Below, in pieces: positions 34,235 through 42,173 of a stretch of 60,553 bases of DNA. The DNA is from Thermodesulfobacteriota bacterium (GTDB taxonomy: Bacteria > Desulfobacterota > BSN033 > WVXP01 > G020346125), in contig JAQYWG010000001.1 of assembly GCA_030145085.1 (NCBI GenBank), forward strand, positions 1-60,553. Direction: 5' to 3'. Position 1 is the first letter of the stretch; every line of letters begins with the position of its first letter. The position numbers were made by a program, and so were the translations under genes. The notes under the pieces were generated by a model, which did no database searches, was not told the origin of the DNA, and saw only the letters and a program-made list of their open reading frames with translations.

Positions 34235-35729
34235 TGTGGGGACTTCCCGTCCCCGTAATGGATAGTTCGATTCTGAAGATCACCCCTTTCCTTTTCCCCT
34301 CCATCTCGTTCATTACCCTAATACGGCCTCCATGAGCGGTGACGATCTGTTGGGCAATGCTCAAACCGAGTCCGATGCCTCCGGGCTTGGTGGTGAAGAA
34401 AGGATTGAATACCCGTTCGCTGTCCTCGACGGATATGGGGTCTCCCGTATTGAAGACGTCGATCATAACGCGCTGCTGCGTCGACGGACCGGACCGATGA
34501 GGACCGGTAGTATCTTGCCCCCTATCCAGGGACAGCTGCACGATATCCGTAGTAACCTGAACGGTTCCTCCTTCAGGGGTGGCCTCCAGTGCGTTGTTGA
34601 TGATATTGAGGATCGCCTGGGTCATCTTATCGCCCTCCACGGCGATCTCGGGGAGGTCCCCCCGGTAATGTTCCTTGACGATGATCTTTTTTTCGGGAAA
34701 CCCGGTTTTCGCCAGGGAGACCGTCTCCCGAACGATTTCCTCTATGTCCCGTTGTTCAAACGCGAAGGTTGAGGGTTGGGCAAAAGTCAGAAGCTCTTCC
34801 ACGACTTTATTCAACCTGTCGATCTCCTTGATGATTACCTCGACGTATTCCGCCCTTCCACCCCTCTCGATGATATCCTCTTGCAGGAGTTGGGCCAACC
34901 CCCTCAGAGACCCCAGAGGGCTCCGAATCTCATGGGCCAGCCCGGCCACAAGGCTACCCAACGAAGCGAGCCGATTGATTCTCTCGATTTCCCGTTGAAT
35001 CTCTTGAATCTCCCCCAGGTCACGGAAACTGGCCACCACCTCCACCAACTTTCCCTCGGCACCGCCCAATAAGGCCGTCCTGATTCTCATGGCCAACTTC
35101 TTTCCCTTATCGGTCATGACCGTCACATCTTCCACTGAGCTGGGCATTTCCTTCTCAATCCCAAGAAGTATCATATCCGTGAGCGCTTTGTTGGATTTAT
35201 GGATGGGGAAGAGATCCGTGAAGTGTCTTCCCACTACGTCCCGGGTATCATGATCAAATATGGTCTCAGCAGCAGGGTTGAAGGTCGCAATAATGCCATC
35301 GGAGTTGATGGTTACCACCGCACCGACAGAAGTCTCCAGGAGGTATCGATTCAATGAAGAGACCATTTGATTGTAGGCCTGAACCAGTTGGTTGATCTCC
35401 TCCTGGGGGAAGAGTTCCAAGCTTTGGCTGAGATCTCCTTGGGCGACGGATTGGACCCCTCTGGTTAGCTGTTTGATCGGTCTCTTGATGGCATAGGTGA
35501 GCACTACACCCGAGAGGCACGCCACGAATCCTCCGATCAAAACGTAAATTCGCATTTGTTGCGTTGCCGCCTTGACTTTGGCGATGGTTGGGGGGTTGTT
35601 GGGGGATCGGAGGAGCTCTCGTTCATTGATCTCAATGGCGAGGAATCCCGTAAAGAGGACCAGGAGTGTAGTGAACACCTGGATGGCGATGAAAATACGG
35701 ATTCCGACCAACCTCGACCGTATCTTCAT
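34209..35729 (-). CDS. TM-HAMP-PAS sensor histidine kinase (paralog A)
   Basis: Two TM segments with a short loop. HAMP (PIKQLTRGVQSVAQGDLSQSLE). PAS. H-box AGLAHEIRSPLGSL. HATPase (GIGLGLSIAQQIV). The 3' end overlaps the pilC 3' end by 26 nt. Confidence 0.88.
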   Translation of the reverse strand: MKIRSRLVGIRIFIAIQVFTTLLVLFTGFLAIEINERELLRSPNNPPTIAKVKAATQQMRIYVLIGGFVACLSGVVLTYAIKRPIKQLTRGVQSVAQGDLSQSLELFPQEEINQLVQAYNQMVSSLNRYLLETSVGAVVTINSDGIIATFNPAAETIFDHDTRDVVGRHFTDLFPIHKSNKALTDMILLGIEKEMPSSVEDVTVMTDKGKKLAMRIRTALLGGAEGKLVEVVASFRDLGEIQEIQREIERINRLASLGSLVAGLAHEIRSPLGSLRGLAQLLQEDIIERGGRAEYVEVIIKEIDRLNKVVEELLTFAQPSTFAFEQRDIEEIVRETVSLAKTGFPEKKIIVKEHYRGDLPEIAVEGDKMTQAILNIINNALEATPEGGTVQVTTDIVQLSLDRGQDTTGPHRSGPSTQQRVMIDVFNTGDPISVEDSERVFNPFFTTKPGGIGLGLSIAQQIVTAHGGRIRVMNEMEGKRKGVIFRIELSITGTGSPHISELPAPS

Positions 35730-35736
35730 AGGCGGA

Positions 35737-37284
35737 TTAATCCCCTTGGTCTAAAAGGTATCGGACGAAGATATCGACCAACTCGGGATCGAATTGCTTC
35801 CCCTTCTGCTCCTTGAGGACGGCAATAACGTCATCCTTGGGAAGGGGCCCCCTGTAAGGTCGCTCGGTGGTCATGGCGTCATAGGTATCCGCTATGGCAA
35901 TGATCCGAGCCCCCAACTCGATCTCTTTCCCCCTCAATCCATCTGGGTATCCAGTACCATCGAACCTCTCATGATGGTGGCGAATGATGGGCTGGGCGGG
36001 CTCCAAAAAAGGGATCACTCGGATAATATTTTCGCCCTTTGCCGGGTGTTCCTTTATCTGTGTATATTCCTCATCGGTGAGATCTCGATCCTTGTGAATG
36101 ATGGCATCGGGGATTCCGATCTTCCCGATATCGTGCAACACACATGCGTATTCAATGGTAGAGGTGATTTCACTTAGCAGTCCCAGGTGTCTGGCCATTT
36201 CAACGGCATAGGTCTTCACCCTTTCGGAGTGCCCCCTTGTATACCGGTCCTTCTCCTCAACGGCCCTGGCAAGGGCTTTCATGGTCCGAAAATAACTCCT
36301 CTCTATCTCAATGCTCTTCAGTTGATTGTTGATGGCAACGGAAGCCGTATCAGCGATGAAATCCAAATTTTCCAAATCTTCCTCAACATAGGGTTGATCC
36401 CCAAAACGATTCGTTACGTTAATGATCCCCAATGAGAGGTTGGTAGCCTTGAGGGGAGCTTGCATGAGCGGAAAGCTCATAAAGGACCTATACTGGGAAT
36501 ACCGATCCGATTCCGCCTTCATGGAGCCGATGTCATCGACTCTGATGGCCTTCCCCGTTTCCAAAATCTTTCCCGCAATTGCCTCACCCCTCCTTATCCT
36601 CGTCTTTCTCACTATCTCTTCTTCCAATCCAATGGCACCCTTAATGCTGAGGTATTCACCTTTTTCGTCGAGCAGCATAATGGATACCCTCTTACTATAC
36701 ATGAAATCGGCCACGAAATTCACCACGGAATTGACTACGTCCTCGAGGTTATCCATTGAATTGAGCTGGTTGGCGAACTTGTAAATGGCGAAGATGGTCT
36801 TCGTCTGTTCCCGCACCTTCAGCTCTAAACTCCGCTGATACTCTTTGATTTGATCATTGAGCCTCTTCTTCTCAAGGGCCCTCTTAACGGTATTGATCAG
36901 GATTTCCCGTTCAATGGGCTTGGTGATATAATCATAGGCCCCCGCCTTAATGGATTCCTGGGCCGTATCCAGGGAGGGTGCACCTGTGACCATGATAATC
37001 GGGATATCCCTGCGCTGGTCTTGTAGCCTCTGGAGGAGTTCGAGACCGTCCATCTCCTCCATGCGGATGTCCGAAATGACCGTATCGAAGGAGTTCTCCT
37101 GAAAGAGCTGGAGGGCATCCTTGGCGTTATCGGCCGAGGTTACCTCATATCCCTCCTTTTCCAAACGCTTTTGGATGGATTTCCTGATCGTCAACTCATC
37201 ATCGACCACGAGGATCCTCGACCTGTTCAACCCTTGATCCTCATTCGTCATCTTCGATATCTCCTTCATATACGGGAAGATCAA
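35737..37284 (-). CDS. Response regulator REC-GAF-HD-GYP (predicted c-di-GMP phosphodiesterase)
   Basis: REC (VISDIRMEEMDGLE). GAF segment. HD-GYP signatures HDIGKIGIPD and HHERFDGTGYPDGL. Alternative starts at 37269 and 37251 reduce the overlap with the upstream kinase. Confidence 0.9.
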   Translation of the reverse strand: MIFPYMKEISKMTNEDQGLNRSRILVVDDELTIRKSIQKRLEKEGYEVTSADNAKDALQLFQENSFDTVISDIRMEEMDGLELLQRLQDQRRDIPIIMVTGAPSLDTAQESIKAGAYDYITKPIEREILINTVKRALEKKRLNDQIKEYQRSLELKVREQTKTIFAIYKFANQLNSMDNLEDVVNSVVNFVADFMYSKRVSIMLLDEKGEYLSIKGAIGLEEEIVRKTRIRRGEAIAGKILETGKAIRVDDIGSMKAESDRYSQYRSFMSFPLMQAPLKATNLSLGIINVTNRFGDQPYVEEDLENLDFIADTASVAINNQLKSIEIERSYFRTMKALARAVEEKDRYTRGHSERVKTYAVEMARHLGLLSEITSTIEYACVLHDIGKIGIPDAIIHKDRDLTDEEYTQIKEHPAKGENIIRVIPFLEPAQPIIRHHHERFDGTGYPDGLRGKEIELGARIIAIADTYDAMTTERPYRGPLPKDDVIAVLKEQKGKQFDPELVDIFVRYLLDQGD

Positions 37285-38731
37285 TGGTCACTTTGGTGTA
37301 TTCCCCTTCTTTGCTATCGAAACGAATAGCGCCCTTGTGTTCCTGGATGATATTAAAGCTGATGCTCAAGCCCAAACCGGTCCCCTGACCCTGTTCCTTT
37401 GAGGTGAAAAAGGGGTTGAAGATCTTGTCCATATCTTCCTCGGGTATGCCGATGCCCTTGTCATGAAATTCGACACGTACATATTTCCTACCGTTCTCCT
37501 CTACCTGATCGGTTCGGATAAGGAGGGTTTTATCTTCATGGGGACTGGGATATTTCTGATTCAAGGCGTGCCGCGCATTGCTGAGCAGGTTGATGAAGAC
37601 CTGTTCGATTTGATTGAAGCTTCCCCTGACGAAGGGCAGTGTCTCCTGGATCTCCTTGACGATTTTAATACGATCGAGGTGGATCTGATGTTCGGTAAGG
37701 TTGAGAGAGGAGGCGATGACCGAGGAAATGTCGAGGGTCGTGTAAGTCTTTGAATCCCTCTGTCTGGAGAAGTTGAGCAGATCCTGGACAATGGTCTTAA
37801 TCCGCTGGCTGTTCTCGATGATTTCCCGGATTTCCTCCTGTTGTTCCTCGTTATTCTCGGGGATCTCCTCTTGGAGAAACTCGGCGTTGCTGAGGATACC
37901 CGAAAGGGGATTGTTGATCTCGTGGGCCACGCCCGCGGCCAGTTCTCCCAGGGAGGCCATTTTATCTGCCTGAATCAGCTGCATCTCCATCTGTTTCTTC
38001 TCGGTCATATCCCTGACCACGCTCAGATATCCGATGATTTCCCCGGTTTCCTCGGTCAACGTGGTCATCACGCACCATCCGTCGATGGAATGCCCCTTGC
38101 TATTGGAATAGACGATCTCACCTTGCCAGCGTCCTTTTTTCATGGCGGATTCCTGCATGTGCTGGATGAGATCCGGCTTCATCTTGGGCGAGTGGAGCGT
38201 ACTCAGGCCCTTTCCCACGATATAGTCCTTGCCGTATCCGAACATCCGCTCAGAACTTTCGCTCCAGAGGGTAATCCGGCCCTCTCGGTCCGTGGTCATG
38301 ATGGCATCATCGGCGGCATAGAAGACCTTTCGAAGGTGTTCCTCCGACTTCTTCAGGGAGGAAAGCATCTGGTTATATGCCTGCACCAACTGCGAGAACT
38401 CAAACTGACTGGGCACGTCGATGGTCTTGGTGAAATCGCCCACAGCGGCCGATTGAACGCTTTCGATCAGCTTTTTGATAGGCTTGGTTATGGCCAAGGT
38501 GAGGGCGATGCCCGACAGACACGCAATAACGCCTCCGATCAACACCTTGACTCGGATGGTCTGGAGCGACTGCTTTACCTGCCAAATTGTGGGGGGCTTC
38601 TTTCGGCGCAAGAGGGCAATCCGGTTGGTCTCGATGGCCCAAAATCCGGTGCCGAGGACGATGAGGGTGGTGAAAACCTGGGTGAGGATAAATAATCTTA
38701 AACCTAAGCCGCCAAATCTCTTTTTTTCCAT
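37241..38731 (-). CDS. TM-HAMP-PAS sensor histidine kinase (paralog B)
   Basis: The N-terminal 100 aa align with the 34209-35729 kinase (QVFTTLxVLxTGFxAIE...LIGGxxACLSGxxLTxAIxxPIKxL). H-box AGVAHEINNPLSGI. HATPase GTGLGLSISFNII. Confidence 0.88.
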   Translation of the reverse strand: MEKKRFGGLGLRLFILTQVFTTLIVLGTGFWAIETNRIALLRRKKPPTIWQVKQSLQTIRVKVLIGGVIACLSGIALTLAITKPIKKLIESVQSAAVGDFTKTIDVPSQFEFSQLVQAYNQMLSSLKKSEEHLRKVFYAADDAIMTTDREGRITLWSESSERMFGYGKDYIVGKGLSTLHSPKMKPDLIQHMQESAMKKGRWQGEIVYSNSKGHSIDGWCVMTTLTEETGEIIGYLSVVRDMTEKKQMEMQLIQADKMASLGELAAGVAHEINNPLSGILSNAEFLQEEIPENNEEQQEEIREIIENSQRIKTIVQDLLNFSRQRDSKTYTTLDISSVIASSLNLTEHQIHLDRIKIVKEIQETLPFVRGSFNQIEQVFINLLSNARHALNQKYPSPHEDKTLLIRTDQVEENGRKYVRVEFHDKGIGIPEEDMDKIFNPFFTSKEQGQGTGLGLSISFNIIQEHKGAIRFDSKEGEYTKVTIDLPVYEGDIEDDE

Positions 38732-38808
38732 GATTTTTCTTTTCTCTTTAAATCAAATTGTAGGCTCAAAATGTCACCGTGTCAAGAAACAAGGAGCTAT
38801 TGATATTG

Positions 38809-38837
38809 TTGCAAATATTTTGCCAAAATGCTAGAAT
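38809..38837 (+). promoter_or_regulatory. Sigma-70-like promoter TTGCAA-N17-TAGAAT for the divergent activator gene
   Basis: The -35 lies at 38809-38814 and the -10 at 38832-38837, about 38 nt upstream of ATG 38875. It physically overlaps the minus-strand sigma-54 element. Confidence 0.4.
38810..38825 (-). promoter_or_regulatory. Sigma-54 promoter TGGCAA-N5-TTGCA for the kinase/HD-GYP/kinase operon
   Basis: The minus strand reads ttTTGGCAAaatatTTGCAacaa with correct GG-N10-GC spacing, about 80 nt upstream of ATG 38731. Confidence 0.55.
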
Positions 38838-38874
38838 TATTTCAATTTTAACCTTTTGGTATGGGAACCAGTCC

Positions 38875-40269
38875 ATGGCTCAAGAGAGGATATTGGTCGT
38901 AGAGGACGATCCCAGTATGAGCTTCTTTCTCTCCGAGGCAATGCAAAAGGAGGGATATCGGGTGGATGCCATCGCCTCCGGGGAGGAGGCCCTGGAGAAG
39001 ATCGGGCAAGATCGGTTCAATTTGGTGATTTTGGACCTGAAACTCCCCTCAATGGATGGGATGGAGGTTCTGGCAAACATTAAGGTGACCAATCCGGAGA
39101 TGGCGGTGATCATGGTTACCGCACATGGCTCAAAGGATATCGCCATCGAGGCAATACGGAAAGGTGCCTACGATTACTTCACCAAGCCTTTGGATATCAA
39201 CGAGATGAGGGTAGTGGTTAAGCGGGCTCTGGAGAGGGAACACCTTCAGAATGAACTCAGACAACTGAGGGAGACGGTCGAAAAGAGGAGGGGGTTTTTC
39301 AATATTGTGGGAAACAGCAAGGAAATGAGGGAGGTCTTCGATATGGCGGAGACCGTCTTCGATAATGACATCACCGTCCTGATTACCGGGGAGAGCGGAG
39401 CGGGAAAGGAATTGATCGCGGAGGCCATTCATTACAATAGCCCACGGAGGGCAAAACCCTTTGTCAAACTAAACTGCGTAGCCATTCCGGAGACCCTTCT
39501 GGAAAGCGAGCTCTTCGGCTACGAGAAGGGGGCCTTCACCGGCGCAACCAGGCAGAAGCTGGGCAAATTTGAACTGGCCAACCAAGGGACCCTGTTGCTG
39601 GACGAAATCGGGGACATGAGCCTGGCAACCCAGGCCAAGCTATTGAGGGTGCTGCAGGAGAGGGAAGTGGAAAGGGTAGGGGGGGTTAAGCCCATTAAGG
39701 TCGATGTCCGGATTATCGCCTCCAGCAATCAAGATCTGGCTCAACTGGTCATGGAAAAACGCTTCCGGGAAGACCTCTATTTCCGGCTCAACGTTCTTCC
39801 CATCCACATTCCTCCCCTGAGGGAGCGTGTGGAAGATATTCCCCTTTTGGTGGATCATTTCGTGAGCTTATCCAAGACAAGGTTTCACAAGGATATCGAG
39901 GGGTTTTCTGAAGATGCCATGGATTTCTTGATCACCTATTCCTGGCCTGGAAACGTGAGGGAGCTGGAAAATATCGTGCAGAGGGCTATTATTTTGGCCA
40001 AGGAACCGGTCATCCAGGAATGGGACCTGCCCCCGGAGATACGCGGGCAGACGAAAAAATCTCACTTCGACGTGGAGAAGCTTGAAACGGATATCCCATT
40101 AAACGAAAAGGTGGAGATGATCATAGCCGAGGTCGAAAAAAAGCTCATTATTCAGGCATTGGATAAGGTTGGTTGGAAAAGGGAAGAGGCGGCCTCTCTC
40201 CTTGGGACAAGCCTCAAGACCCTCTATAACAAGATGAAGAAATACGGGCTTTTTGATCAATCCTCCTGA
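38875..40269 (+). CDS. Sigma-54-dependent response regulator, PilR-like by position upstream of the pilin gene
   Basis: MAQERILVVEDD start (the ORF-track extension from 38779 lacks homology-like content). REC (LVILDLKLPSMDGM). GESGAGKE. GAFTGA loop ELFGYEKGAFTGA. C-terminal HTH. Confidence 0.92.
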   Translation: MAQERILVVEDDPSMSFFLSEAMQKEGYRVDAIASGEEALEKIGQDRFNLVILDLKLPSMDGMEVLANIKVTNPEMAVIMVTAHGSKDIAIEAIRKGAYDYFTKPLDINEMRVVVKRALEREHLQNELRQLRETVEKRRGFFNIVGNSKEMREVFDMAETVFDNDITVLITGESGAGKELIAEAIHYNSPRRAKPFVKLNCVAIPETLLESELFGYEKGAFTGATRQKLGKFELANQGTLLLDEIGDMSLATQAKLLRVLQEREVERVGGVKPIKVDVRIIASSNQDLAQLVMEKRFREDLYFRLNVLPIHIPPLRERVEDIPLLVDHFVSLSKTRFHKDIEGFSEDAMDFLITYSWPGNVRELENIVQRAIILAKEPVIQEWDLPPEIRGQTKKSHFDVEKLETDIPLNEKVEMIIAEVEKKLIIQALDKVGWKREEAASLLGTSLKTLYNKMKKYGLFDQSS

Positions 40270-40300
40270 GCTGGACCATAGCAAGGAGGAAAGAGATTAC

Positions 40301-40325
40301 CGGTAATTGATTACCGATTTTTTTT
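40301..40325 (+). terminator. Rho-independent terminator after the activator gene
   Basis: CGGTAAT-tg-ATTACCG stem followed by ATTTTTTTT. Confidence 0.55.
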
Positions 40326-40441
40326 GATCATGGGCCTGTTTCCTGAGGGTAAAGAGGGATATCTCAATAGTTGATCAGAAATTAATTAATAATAACAAAT
40401 AGTTAGACACAATGTAATTAATTACCGGAAAGTTTGTAAAT

Positions 40442-40457
40442 TGGCATGATAGTTGCT
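40442..40457 (+). promoter_or_regulatory. Sigma-54 promoter TGGCAT-N5-TTGCT of the major pilin gene
   Basis: aaTTGGCATgatagTTGCTTa lies 57 nt upstream of ATG 40514. A strong Shine-Dalgarno (GGGAGGAAG) precedes the start. Confidence 0.72.
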
Positions 40458-40513
40458 TAATAGAGTTGTCAGAAGATAAAGGCCCATACTATGGGTCATA
40501 GAGGGAGGAAGCC

Positions 40514-40975
40514 ATGAAAAAGAGAAGGATCTTAAATCACAGAGGTTTTACCCTGGTGGAATTGATGGTGGTCATCATCATCGTCGGTATTCTGGCCGCT
40601 ATCGCTGTTCCCCTGTATACGGGATACGTCGAAAGGGCAAGGGTAACCGAGGCAACCAGTATCATGGGGGCCATCATTACCTCTCAAAAGGTGGAGATGC
40701 AGAGGACGACCAACTTTTACAATGCAGCGGATATCGCTACTTTTAGGAACAAAGGAATTGATATAAGCGATACGAAGTTTTTCACCTATGTAACATCCAT
40801 GGATGTGCCAGTAGCCGGGGGCTTTCAGGCCGTCGCCACCTCTACAGCCGATTTCGGTCAAGCAGGGGGGACCATAACTTACCAGTATAACCCAACAGTC
40901 TCTCCTCCTGGAAGCTGGGCGGCCGACGGGTCAATCATACTGGACGACATGTTGCCCACTGAGCCGAGCGGCTAA
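40514..40975 (+). CDS. pilA: Type IV pilin (type IVa-like, no cysteines)
   Basis: Leader [11 protein letters not shown], then the cleavage and methylation motif [37 protein letters not shown] with Glu at +5. Confidence 0.92.
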   Translation: MKKRRILNHRGFTLVELMVVIIIVGILAAIAVPLYTGYVERARVTEATSIMGAIITSQKVEMQRTTNFYNAADIATFRNKGIDISDTKFFTYVTSMDVPVAGGFQAVATSTADFGQAGGTITYQYNPTVSPPGSWAADGSIILDDMLPTEPSG

Positions 40976-41003
40976 TGCAAACATTACTCCAGTAAACTTC
41001 CGT

Positions 41004-41034
41004 GAGAAGGGAGGTGGTTCTTCCCTTCTCTTTT
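41004..41034 (+). terminator. Strong hairpin plus short T-run after pilA (terminator or attenuator)
   Basis: GAGAAGGGA-(9 nt loop)-TCCCTTCTC followed by TTTT, 29 nt after the pilA stop. Confidence 0.6.
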
Positions 41035-41055
41035 CCCGATATCGGTCCCATCTGA

Positions 41056-41565
41056 ATGAGAAATTCTGCTTCAAATTCCATTGGTAAGCTCTCCTTTCTC
41101 AGAAATGGTTTGAAGGATGTAAAAGGGCTTTCCCTCCTTGAGACCCTCATAGCCATCATCATTTTGGCCATCACCCTCACCTCCATCAGCTATTTCTTCT
41201 CAACGGCCAGGGGCAATATCGAAACCTTCGGCCACATGAGATGTGGCCTTGTCTTGGCCCAGGATAAGATGGAACAGTTGAAGGACCTGGGCTACTTCCA
41301 CGACGATTTGAGCGGAGGTTTTAGTGGAGAAACACACTCGGACCGTGTAGACAGTGCTGGGGATCCAGATGCGGACGACAGGCCATTTTACCGGGAGTGG
41401 ACCGTTTATGATATAGATAACCCCGCCGATGGCACAGGCCCAGACGAGGTGGACTACAAGCGCGTCGAGTTGGCGGTCTACGACCAACGGCTGAACCCCG
41501 GAAATGTAACCTTAAATGATATAAATAAATTGGTGGCTGAACTGAGGACCTACATCTCCCCGTAG
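41056..41565 (+). CDS. Minor pilin / pseudopilin with prepilin-type N-terminus
   Basis: KG/LSLLETLIAIIILAITLTSISYFF (Glu at +5). The leader from ATG 41056 is unusually long at 24 aa, so the start is uncertain. Confidence 0.65.
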   Translation: MRNSASNSIGKLSFLRNGLKDVKGLSLLETLIAIIILAITLTSISYFFSTARGNIETFGHMRCGLVLAQDKMEQLKDLGYFHDDLSGGFSGETHSDRVDSAGDPDADDRPFYREWTVYDIDNPADGTGPDEVDYKRVELAVYDQRLNPGNVTLNDINKLVAELRTYISP

Positions 41566-41578
41566 AGAAAGCCACACC

Positions 41579-42148
41579 ATGAACAAAAATATGAGGAGTC
41601 GCCCTATGATCTTTCGGAAGAACGACCAACGGGGAAGCGTGCTCATCGAGCTGGTCGTCGCCGCCATCATCTTCGCCGTCGTCGTGGCGGCCATTGCCTT
41701 CTATTTCATCTATCACGTCGGAACCATAGATAACGGACGGGCGCAACTGAAGTTGCAGAGGGTCGGAAGCCTCCTCATGGAGGAAATGGCCGGGGCCATT
41801 CGAGAGGGGAAGACCACCGATCTAGTGGCGGGAAGCATTCCGCCTCCTACTCAGCTTATGATCACTTACCCGGATGCTAGCACGCAGTGTTTCAGCCTTG
41901 ATGATGTTAATAAAGACATCAACTGGGGGGATAATTACGATACCCTCACCCCCATGGAAGTCCTGGATGACAGCCACACCGTGGGGAGTGTAAACCGTAC
42001 CCACCGGATCCTCTGCGATGAGCTGCGGTTTACGAAGGATGGAGATCGCGTGATTATTCGGTTTGAGCTCCGACACGATCTGGATAACGGCGATGGGCCT
42101 GACGATCTGGAAATCAAATTTGGCTCAACGGTGAAATTGAGGGGATGA
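41579..42148 (+). CDS. Minor pilin / pseudopilin with prepilin-type N-terminus
   Basis: RG/SVLIELVVAAIIFAVVVAAIAFYF (Glu at +5). Several in-frame ATG starts are possible. Confidence 0.65.
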   Translation: MNKNMRSRPMIFRKNDQRGSVLIELVVAAIIFAVVVAAIAFYFIYHVGTIDNGRAQLKLQRVGSLLMEEMAGAIREGKTTDLVAGSIPPPTQLMITYPDASTQCFSLDDVNKDINWGDNYDTLTPMEVLDDSHTVGSVNRTHRILCDELRFTKDGDRVIIRFELRHDLDNGDGPDDLEIKFGSTVKLRG

Positions 42149-42173
42149 CATACCGCCTGCCGGGCCACGAGGT

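Noticed and set aside
37841-38695. 284-aa plus-strand ORF
   Set aside because: It lies entirely antisense to the HAMP-PAS kinase, whose H-box and ATPase motifs are unambiguous. It is a shadow ORF in GC-skewed coding sequence.
40326-40513. Possible riboswitch in the pilin leader
   Set aside because: The predicted 5' UTR is only about 45 nt with one 6-bp hairpin. That is too short for known c-di-GMP riboswitch classes.
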